Shown in pieces: positions 52,089-59,523 of a DNA stretch of 64,000 nucleotides; the stretch's first letter is position 1, and each line of letters starts with the position of its first letter. A program made the position numbers and the translations under genes. The DNA comes from an uncultured Solirubrobacterales bacterium (GTDB lineage: Bacteria > Actinomycetota > Thermoleophilia > Solirubrobacterales > Solirubrobacteraceae). The stretch lies in assembly GCA_903821395.1 (NCBI GenBank), contig CAIJLJ010000099.1:497-64496 (forward strand). The letters are read 5' to 3'. The notes beneath the pieces were generated by a model. The model ran no database searches. It saw nothing but the letters and a program-made list of their open reading frames with translations, and was not told where the DNA came from.

Positions 52089-52450
52089 GGGGACGACAGG
52101 CTTCGACGTGGTCGGATCGTGGGGGTGGTTGCGAGCCGAGGTTCCCGGAGGCCTCGTAAATCACCGGGAAAACCATATGTGCGGACTCTCACGAGTACGC
52201 CCTCGCCGCCTAGCACACCGCTAGCGCTGTGAGGTTCGGAGCCCGGCCTGCCGGCCGTCGGGATCTCCGGATCAAACGCCGGCTTACCTGGGGAGGATTG
52301 TTCTCGCCAAACTGGGGAAATCTTTAGAGAACTGGCTTCACGCAACCCCGCCGGCGAGGCGAGCGCGAAGTGAGATTAGAGCGCCGGATACGCTCGTAGA
52401 CATCACCTCTTACGCGACCGCGGACGTGGGTTCGATTCCCACCGTCTCCA
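52089..52450 (+). ncRNA. ssrA: tmRNA (transfer-messenger RNA)
   Basis: 5' GGGGACG pairs with 3' CGTCTCC, including G3-U. 5' GGCTTCGACG box. T-arm GTGGGTTCGATTCCCAC. Discriminator A at 52450; CCA is not encoded. Tag ORF 52181-52213 = ADSHEYALAA*. Confidence 0.95.
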
Positions 52451-52478
52451 TCAACATCGACCGCGCGCGACTGATTTT

Positions 52479-53096
52479 CTAGCGTGCGCCCCGGATCGGG
52501 GGTGGTGGCACGGCCATCGCGTCGTCTTCGTCAAAGAGGCCGCGGTCGATCGCATACTTAACGATGCTTGCACGCGAGCTAACGCCAAGCTTCTGCAGGA
52601 TGTCTGCGCGACTTGCCTCGATTGTGCGGCGCGAGAGGTTCAGCTCAACGGCGATCTCTTTGCTGGTATGACCCCATGCGATCGAGCGAACGATTGTCTG
52701 TTGGCGAGGGCTCAGCTCTTCCCGTGCGGGTTCGCGGTTCAGCTTTGTGATCGCGCTGGTGACGCGCGGGCTGACCCAATGCTGGCCTTCCGCGGCTCTG
52801 TGTAGCGCTGTTGACATAACGGCTGGGAGCTCCGAGTTCAATATGTAGCCCGCTGCGCCGGCGTGCAGTGCAGCGCGTGCCACCGTGGCAGACTCGGAAG
52901 CGGTGAGAACGACGATTGCTGAATCGGGGGAGACGTCCGCCAGTGTTCGGATCTGTTCGCTGATCGCGTCGGCCGTGGTCGGCAGCGCGACAACGTAGAG
53001 GATCACGTTGGGCGAGTGACCCTTTACTGAGCGCACGGTGGCGTCAAGTCCGTCTGTTGTCGCGACAATTTCGATGTCGGGGAACTCACCGATCAT
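52479..53096 (-). CDS. NarL/LuxR-family regulator with degenerate (pseudo-)receiver domain; true start probably upstream of 53096
   Basis: C-terminal LuxR HTH (LSPRQQTIVRSIAWGHTSKEIAVELNLSRRTIEASRADILQKLGV). The receiver-like N-terminus lacks the conserved acidic pocket, the phospho-acceptor Asp and the Lys. Confidence 0.8.
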   Translation of the reverse strand: MIGEFPDIEIVATTDGLDATVRSVKGHSPNVILYVVALPTTADAISEQIRTLADVSPDSAIVVLTASESATVARAALHAGAAGYILNSELPAVMSTALHRAAEGQHWVSPRVTSAITKLNREPAREELSPRQQTIVRSIAWGHTSKEIAVELNLSRRTIEASRADILQKLGVSSRASIVKYAIDRGLFDEDDAMAVPPPPIRGAR

Positions 53097-53462
53097 CGTG
53101 GCCAGCGCGCTTCGGATGAGCGACTGGTGGTGCGCGATTACTAGCGTGATGGGCTCGATTTTCCCCTTTCCCGAAAACTTCCGTCCTCAGTGAATCGAGT
53201 GGGTAGGCCAGATCCAGTATTGAACCTACCTTGGACGATAGGGCTTTGGCCGTCGTCGCGTGATCAAACGGGTAATAAGTACCACCGGAGTCGGACTAGA
53301 TGGTCAGCGCTGGAAGTAGTTAGACCCTCTGTCAGCGAGAAGGCGGCTATGCCTTGATCTGCAATCGTCTTGGCCAACGTTTAAACCGGCTGCGCAGAGC
53401 CTTCTTGATCAGCTGTAAGGGGCGGTTGGGAGGTCGGCCAGCTCCGCGGTTAGGCTTGCGCT

Positions 53463-54791
53463 GTGGAGCGTCCAAAGATTGCGCAGCTGACACCGGTTCG
53501 CGGCCTCATCGCCGTTCAGCTTGTAATCATCGGCGCCGCAGGGTTGGCAGCTGTTTTCTCGCTGTCGCACTTCACCGGCGACGAGCGCGCCCACTTCAGT
53601 TACCTGCAGAGCGTCGCCGAGCAAGGACGGCTACCGCTCCTCGGTCCATCGCTGATCAGTCCTCAGGTAGAAGCGATCTATGAGGGGACATATCCGTCAC
53701 CTGCACTCCACGACCCCGCCAAGCTCGGCCTCAGCGGCCGCAGCTACGAGGCCTTTCAGCCGCCGCTCTACTACCTGCTTGCTGCCGTTCCATTCCGGCT
53801 CGCTGGTGATAATTACGTAGTCAAGATGCGCGTTATGCGGTTGGTCGGGCTTGGGTTGCTGCTTGCCGCGGCGCTACTGCTGTGGCGACTGACGGTTGAG
53901 GTGATAGGCGACTCCGAGGAAGCCGAGCCGTACTTTGCGTTCGCGCTGACGGCGCTGCTCTGGCCGGGGATCGTCGTGCGAACCGTGACGATCTCAAACA
54001 GCGGGCTCGAGTTCTTGATTGGGCTGGCGCTGACTCTCCTGTTCTGGCGCGCCTGGCGACAGCGCAATGCCGGTTGGTTGATCGGCTCCGCTGTGCTGCT
54101 CGGCATTGGCTTGATCACGCGGCTGACGATCATCGTTTTCATCCCTGGACTGCTGGTCTGTGCTTTTGTCGTATTGCGTCAGGCGCAGATCTCTGCCCGC
54201 ACGCGCTGGCTTGCGGCGGCGGGAGTGATTCTGATCCCAGCGCTGATAATGGCCCCGTGGCTGCTGTCGAACCTTGATCGCTACGGGTCGCTGACAGGGT
54301 CCCGTGTCGTTCGCCAGCTGATGGAGCCGTTCTTCAACCCCAAAGGCATTAAGTACACGGTTGCCGACATTCCTAGTCGGCTACTCGTAGTCACTCGCGC
54401 TCCACTGGCAGAGGAGTGGTGGATTGAGCTCCTCTCGGCTTTAAAGCGTTGGGTGCTGACAGTGCTAATGACGGGGCTCGTCGTCCTCGCTCCGCTGGGC
54501 GTTCTGAGCGTGAAGCCGCGTGAGCGACGCTCGCAGCTGCTGGTCCTGCTCGCGCTGCCGGTCGGCGTTGGGATCGTCTGGATGTGTTACGTGCTGCTCG
54601 TCCTCAACTGGGATTTCTTCTTGCCGCGCTACCTCTACCCAACGATTCCAGGGCTGCTGCTGCTCGCGGCAGTGTCGCTAGGAAGGCTGCGTCACGGCGC
54701 GCGGGCGCTGTTCGCCGGGGCGGCTGTAATGACGGTTCTCCTCGCCGCATGGTGGGCCTACCTCGCAACCGTTGAGCCTTTTACCGGCTAG
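53463..54791 (+). CDS. GT-C fold membrane glycosyltransferase (ArnT/PMT_2, family 39/83-like)
   Basis: GTG start. ~12 hydrophobic helices. First-loop DE..H motif (FTGDERAHFSY) and YEAFQPPLYY motif. Confidence 0.65.
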   Translation: MERPKIAQLTPVRGLIAVQLVIIGAAGLAAVFSLSHFTGDERAHFSYLQSVAEQGRLPLLGPSLISPQVEAIYEGTYPSPALHDPAKLGLSGRSYEAFQPPLYYLLAAVPFRLAGDNYVVKMRVMRLVGLGLLLAAALLLWRLTVEVIGDSEEAEPYFAFALTALLWPGIVVRTVTISNSGLEFLIGLALTLLFWRAWRQRNAGWLIGSAVLLGIGLITRLTIIVFIPGLLVCAFVVLRQAQISARTRWLAAAGVILIPALIMAPWLLSNLDRYGSLTGSRVVRQLMEPFFNPKGIKYTVADIPSRLLVVTRAPLAEEWWIELLSALKRWVLTVLMTGLVVLAPLGVLSVKPRERRSQLLVLLALPVGVGIVWMCYVLLVLNWDFFLPRYLYPTIPGLLLLAAVSLGRLRHGARALFAGAAVMTVLLAAWWAYLATVEPFTG

Positions 54792-54825
54792 CTCTCACCG
54801 TTATGAGCTGCGGTAGGCTTCCGCT

Positions 54826-55617
54826 GTGACTTCGGTAGACGATCTGCCTGTCCCCGGCTGGTACGCCGACCCTCGCGGTGAGAATTCGCTGCGGTGGTGG
54901 AACGGGCGCGCCTGGACGGAGCAGACCGCGGTAGCGCCGGGTGGCGGAGCATTTGCCCCCCCGGTGGTTCCGAGTGCGACCGCTGCGCAGGATACGCCGC
55001 CTGCCGTCGTCGCCGTCACGTCCTCGCCGCAGGTAGCGTTCGTCGCCACCGCGGGCCGTCCCGCGGTTGTAGTCGCTGGCCGGTCCAGGCCACTTTCCGG
55101 CTGGTGGGCGAGGGCCGCAGCTTTCATCGTCGACTATCTGATCACCATTGCTTTTCTGCTGCCGTTCATAGTTGCGGCGATTTTGGTGGTCGCGGGAATT
55201 GACTTCTCGGTCGTCAGGATCGTGAACGGCCAGCTCAAGGGATTGACGACTGCCGATGAGGTGTCGATCGGGATCGCTGTTCTAATTCTTCTCGCTGGCA
55301 ATCTGCTGGTCAGCTTCACCTACCAACCGCTGACGATGGCCCGCAAGGGCGAACAGAACGGCCGAACGTGGGGGATGCAGGTCGTCGGCATCAGAGTTGT
55401 ACGACAGAACGGTGCTGCGATGAGTTATGGGCCGGCGCTAGTCCGTCAGTTCCTTGTGATGGGGCTGCTCTACGCGGTTATCTCAGGGATTGGCAACGCT
55501 TTCACCGTGATTGGCGGCACGGTTGCGATCGCGCTTGCCTACCTCTGGCCGCTTTGGGACAAACAGAACCGAGCGCTGCAGGACTTCATCTGCTCAACTC
55601 ACGTCGTGCGCGACTGA
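54826..55617 (+). CDS. DUF2510 + RDD domain membrane protein
   Basis: N-terminal GWYADPRGENSLRWWNGRAWTE, an Ala/Pro/Thr linker, then an RDD-type segment (WWARAAAFIVDYLI ... three transmembrane helices). Confidence 0.7.
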   Translation: MTSVDDLPVPGWYADPRGENSLRWWNGRAWTEQTAVAPGGGAFAPPVVPSATAAQDTPPAVVAVTSSPQVAFVATAGRPAVVVAGRSRPLSGWWARAAAFIVDYLITIAFLLPFIVAAILVVAGIDFSVVRIVNGQLKGLTTADEVSIGIAVLILLAGNLLVSFTYQPLTMARKGEQNGRTWGMQVVGIRVVRQNGAAMSYGPALVRQFLVMGLLYAVISGIGNAFTVIGGTVAIALAYLWPLWDKQNRALQDFICSTHVVRD

Positions 55618-55637
55618 TTCAAATACGCCAGTTTGAA
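55618..55637. promoter_or_regulatory. inverted repeat TTCAAA-N8-TTTGAA upstream of cydA
   Basis: Read directly from the sequence. An AT-rich dyad 37 nt upstream of the cydA ATG, in an otherwise GC-rich spacer. Confidence 0.3.
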
Positions 55638-55673
55638 GGCGGCAAGCCGCGCTGAGCTGTAACCTCGGCGGCG

Positions 55674-57086
55674 ATGCATTCGCTGCCTCTAGCCTCCGAT
55701 GCGCTAACGCTCGCACGCTGGCAATTCGCGACCACCACGCTTTACCACTTCATCTTTGTGCCGCTGACGCTCGGCTTAGCGCCGGTGATTGCCTACATGC
55801 AGACGAAGTGGTATCGGACCCGTGACGAATCATGGCTGCGGCTGACGAAGTTCTTTGGCACGCTGCTGCTGATCAACTTCGCGATCGGCGCCGCGACCGG
55901 TCTGCTCCAGGAGTTCCAGTTCGGAATGAACTGGTCGGCTTATTCGCAGTTCGTCGGCGACGTTTTCGGCTCAACGCTCGCGCTCGAAGGCTTGATCGCC
56001 TTCATGCTTGAGTCGACCTTCATCGGCATCTGGGTCTTCGGCTGGGGCAGGCTTTCGGAGCGGATGCACCTTGCCTCGATCTGGCTCGTTGTCGCTGGCA
56101 CTTGGCTATCGACGACCTTCATCTTGATGGCTAACTCGTGGATGCAGAACCCGGTCGGCTACAGCATCGATAAGGCGACGGGGCAGGCTCGGATGGTCAA
56201 CCTCTGGGACGTTTTGACGAACAAGATCGCGATCTGGGCTGTCTTCCACACGCTGCTGGCCTCTCTGATGGTTGCCTCGTTCCTGCTGCTCGGCGTCGCT
56301 TGCTGGCACATCCTCAAGGGCCGAAATGTTGACCTCTTCCGCCCGGTCCTGAAGCTGAGCCTCTACATGGCGATCCCAATTTCGACGCTAACGCTGCTAG
56401 TTGGCAGCGAGTTTGGCGTTGCTCTCACCGGGCCGCAGCCGATGAAGATTGCGGCCGCCGAAGCGCTCTGGAACTCAGAGCAGCCGGCGGCGTTCTCGCT
56501 CTTCCAGATCGGTGGCTTCTCGGCCAACGATCAGAAACCCTCGTACTCGCTCGATATTCCTTACCTGTTGTCATTCTTGGCGACTAACACCTTCACCGGC
56601 AAGGTCGAAGGCATGAACCAGGTTCAGGCCAGCGAGCAGGCGAAATACGGGCCGGGGAACTACATCCCTGACGTCAAACTGGCCTACTGGTCGATGCGGG
56701 GAATGGCCTACATCGGTTCGCTCTCGGCGGCGATCGCGCTGCTTGGCGGATTCCTTTACTGGCGCGGAACATTGGAGAGGTCGCGCTGGTTCTTGAAGAT
56801 TGCTGTCGCAGGCATTTCGCTTCCGTTCATAACAGCCTTGATCGGCTGGGTATTCACTGAGACTGCGCGCCAACCTTGGGTCGCTTACGGCGTTCTGAAG
56901 ACCGCCGATGGGCTTTCGCAATCGGTCGGCCCGGGCGAGATCATCGCCAGCCTTACGGCCTTCATGTTGCTCTACATCGGGATCGGGATTACGGCCTTCG
57001 TGCTGCTGCGCCGCTACGCGATTCTTGACCCGCCGCAAGTTGGTGCCGCGGACGATGCTGAATCCGACCCAGTGCCGGTGTACTGA
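55674..57086 (+). CDS. cydA: cytochrome bd-type quinol oxidase subunit I
   Basis: 470 aa. N-terminal LARWQFATTTLYHFIFVPLTLG. Q-loop region. GWVFTETARQPW motif. Confidence 0.95.
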   Translation: MHSLPLASDALTLARWQFATTTLYHFIFVPLTLGLAPVIAYMQTKWYRTRDESWLRLTKFFGTLLLINFAIGAATGLLQEFQFGMNWSAYSQFVGDVFGSTLALEGLIAFMLESTFIGIWVFGWGRLSERMHLASIWLVVAGTWLSTTFILMANSWMQNPVGYSIDKATGQARMVNLWDVLTNKIAIWAVFHTLLASLMVASFLLLGVACWHILKGRNVDLFRPVLKLSLYMAIPISTLTLLVGSEFGVALTGPQPMKIAAAEALWNSEQPAAFSLFQIGGFSANDQKPSYSLDIPYLLSFLATNTFTGKVEGMNQVQASEQAKYGPGNYIPDVKLAYWSMRGMAYIGSLSAAIALLGGFLYWRGTLERSRWFLKIAVAGISLPFITALIGWVFTETARQPWVAYGVLKTADGLSQSVGPGEIIASLTAFMLLYIGIGITAFVLLRRYAILDPPQVGAADDAESDPVPVY

Positions 57087-58156
57087 TGACGCTTGCTCAG
57101 CTCTGGTTCTTTGTAATCGCAGGCCTCTGGTCGACCTACCTTGTGCTCGAAGGCTTTGACTTTGGCGTCGGCATGATGATGGGTATCGCGGCGCGCAATG
57201 AGGATGAGCGCAGCGAGATGATTGAGACAATCGCTCCGGTCTGGGATGCCAATGAAGTCTGGTTGCTGGTTGTCGGCGGCCTGACCTTCGCTTCATTCCC
57301 GGCTTGGTACGGAACTTGGCTTGAGGGCGCCTATTTGGGGCTCGTCGTGTTGATCATCGTGCTGCTGATGCGGGTCATCTCGTTTGAGTGGCGAGGCCGT
57401 GTGAATCCTCGCTGGCGCGGGCTTTGGTCGGCAATCAACATTGGTGCGAGCGTCACGGCGCCGTTGATTTGGGGGCTTGTGCTCTCGGTCCTGCTCGCAG
57501 GTCTGCCAGTGGCAGGATCTGGCCGCGTTGGCGAGATGCGTTACTTCGGCAACATCCTTGACTTCATCACTCCGTATTCGGTGCTCGGTGCTCTCTCACT
57601 GGCGGCGATATTTGCCTTTCATGGTGCGCTCTTCCTTGCACTCCGACTGGAAGGAGATCTCGCAGACCGGATCCGCCAGCGGATCGTCAAGCTCGACGCC
57701 CGCCACCTGCTGCCGAATCTAATGCTGCCAGCGCTGCTGCTCGGCGGCGGCTTCCTGATCGCGACGCCCTTCGTTGCCCACTCCGCCAACGCGCGCAGCA
57801 TCTTGCCTGTTGCGATCCCCGCGGCACTCGGCTTGATCGCTCTTATCGCGGCCGTGGTTAACGCCCAGCGCGGCGACTTTGCCCGCGCCTTCATCTGCAC
57901 TGTTGTGACGATCGTCGGCTGGGTTGCGACGCTCTTTATCGGCATCTTCCCCCGCATCATCGTGTCAACGATCTCGCTCAATGACTCGGTTACGATCGAG
58001 AACGCGCAGTCGTCGCACTACACGCTCGTCGTGATGACAATCGCGGCAGTAGTGATGATCCCCGTGATCATCCTCTACCAGTGGTGGGGCTTTAGGACTT
58101 TGATGGCACGGCTCGGCCGCGGCAAGATGCCGTGGAGCGCGCCCGACGCCAGCTAG
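57086..58156 (+). CDS. cydB: cytochrome bd-type quinol oxidase subunit II
   Basis: 356 aa, polytopic (LEGFDFGVGMM, WDANEVWLL). Its start overlaps the cydA stop. Confidence 0.93.
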   Translation: MTLAQLWFFVIAGLWSTYLVLEGFDFGVGMMMGIAARNEDERSEMIETIAPVWDANEVWLLVVGGLTFASFPAWYGTWLEGAYLGLVVLIIVLLMRVISFEWRGRVNPRWRGLWSAINIGASVTAPLIWGLVLSVLLAGLPVAGSGRVGEMRYFGNILDFITPYSVLGALSLAAIFAFHGALFLALRLEGDLADRIRQRIVKLDARHLLPNLMLPALLLGGGFLIATPFVAHSANARSILPVAIPAALGLIALIAAVVNAQRGDFARAFICTVVTIVGWVATLFIGIFPRIIVSTISLNDSVTIENAQSSHYTLVVMTIAAVVMIPVIILYQWWGFRTLMARLGRGKMPWSAPDAS

Positions 58157-58193
58157 CGGCAGCAACCGTCGGGGCGCCATATAGGCTTCCTCG

Positions 58194-59501
58194 ATGGCCA
58201 CTCCAGCTGCAAGTGCTCAGATCGCCCCAGAAGATCTCCCGTCACCAATCAAGGCGATCGTTCTGGCGATTCCGTTCGCTCTGCTCGGCTCGATCATCGC
58301 GACAATCTTCCTCTTCCTCGAAGACCACCTGATCACCGCCGTCTGGAAGGATCTGCCGAAGGCCTTGGGGATGACGGAGCCGGCCTGGTGGCTCGTCGTG
58401 CTGCTGCCGCTGATCGGCGCATCGCTCGTGATGATCGCCTGGAGACTTCCCGGCAAGACCGCTCTTGGCCCGCTTGAGGGGCTGCACTTCGACGTTACCC
58501 CGGCAGTCTTCGGTTCGGTAATTCTCGCTGCTTTCGGCACGCTTATCTTCGGCCTAGTGCTCGGCCCTGAGGCGCCACTACTGGCCTGCGGAACGGCGGC
58601 TGGCGCGTTCGTGCTGCGCCGCCAGCCTGACCCGGTAATGAAGTTCGGCATGTTGATGACGGCGCTGGCGGCGATCGCGGCGATCTTCGGCAGCCCAATC
58701 GTTGTCGTTTTGATGCTGGCTGAGTTCACCGCGCTTGGGCGGATCCCGGCGGCGGCGCTGATGCCAGGCTTCGTTGCGCTCGGTGTTGCCTACATCGCGG
58801 AGACTGGGGTAGGTGGATGGTCTGGGCTTGGCAGCTCGTCGCTGGCGGTCCCCGGGCTGCCGGAGCTCACATCAACTTCGGTCACCGACATCTTGGTCGG
58901 CTTAGCGGTCGCGCTGGTAGCGGCGATTGTCACGCTGATCGCGCGTAAGTTTGGCGAGCGCGTTGCGCTGATGGCACGCAGTCATCCTCCGGTGGTTCTG
59001 ATCGGCGTCGCGCTGATTACATCGGCTCTCGCGATCGCCGTCCGTGAGATTACCGGCGGATCGGTCAACCTGGTGCTCTTCAGCGGGCAGCTGGGTACGC
59101 CTGAGATGCTCACTGAAACCTCGCTTGGAGCGGTGGCGCTGATTATCGTTGCCAAGCTCGTTGCCTATGGCGGAGCGCTTGGCGCTGGCTACCGAGGTGG
59201 CCCGATCTTCCCGGCTGTATTCCTCGCCGTTGGCGTTGCGGTTGCCGGCACGCTGATCTTCCCTTCCGCGTCGCTTACCGCTCTCGTTGTCGCCGGTGTC
59301 GCGGCGGCAGTCGCGGCGGCGCTTCGTGTTCCCTTCACCGCGGCCGTCTTGGCGCTGATGTTGGCGACCAGCGCCGGCGCCGGTCACGCCGCTGCGCTCG
59401 CGATTTTCGGGGCAACTATTGGTTTCCTACTTCGTGTTGCGCTCGACAAGTGGGAACTGCAGCACGACCCGGCCGAAGCGCTGGCCGCCGCTCAGTCCTG
59501 A
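58194..59501 (+). CDS. ClC-family (voltage-gated chloride channel-like) membrane protein
   Basis: ~10-12 helices. ClC-like selectivity segments GPEAPLL and GGPIFPAVF. Confidence 0.6.
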   Translation: MATPAASAQIAPEDLPSPIKAIVLAIPFALLGSIIATIFLFLEDHLITAVWKDLPKALGMTEPAWWLVVLLPLIGASLVMIAWRLPGKTALGPLEGLHFDVTPAVFGSVILAAFGTLIFGLVLGPEAPLLACGTAAGAFVLRRQPDPVMKFGMLMTALAAIAAIFGSPIVVVLMLAEFTALGRIPAAALMPGFVALGVAYIAETGVGGWSGLGSSSLAVPGLPELTSTSVTDILVGLAVALVAAIVTLIARKFGERVALMARSHPPVVLIGVALITSALAIAVREITGGSVNLVLFSGQLGTPEMLTETSLGAVALIIVAKLVAYGGALGAGYRGGPIFPAVFLAVGVAVAGTLIFPSASLTALVVAGVAAAVAAALRVPFTAAVLALMLATSAGAGHAAALAIFGATIGFLLRVALDKWELQHDPAEALAAAQS

Positions 59502-59523
59502 GCGGCGGCTCTTCCTACGCTAT

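Noticed and set aside
51980-52345. 121-aa minus-strand ORF.
   Set aside because: It overlaps the tmRNA gene, which is supported by acceptor, T-arm and tag features.
53190-53462. Small RNA or small ORF in the 270-bp lower-GC spacer between the LuxR regulator and the GT-C gene.
   Set aside because: I found only a 6-bp inverted repeat (GGTAGG-N17-CCTACC, 53202-53230). The short ORFs have no SD, and I could find no convincing structure or promoter. It is probably just the divergent promoter region.
52450-55673. Genomic island integrated at the 3' end of ssrA.
   Set aside because: I saw no integrase or recombinase gene, and no second copy of the tmRNA 3' end (GGTTCGATTCCCAC...) downstream. The gene content (regulator, GT-C, RDD protein) is not island-like.
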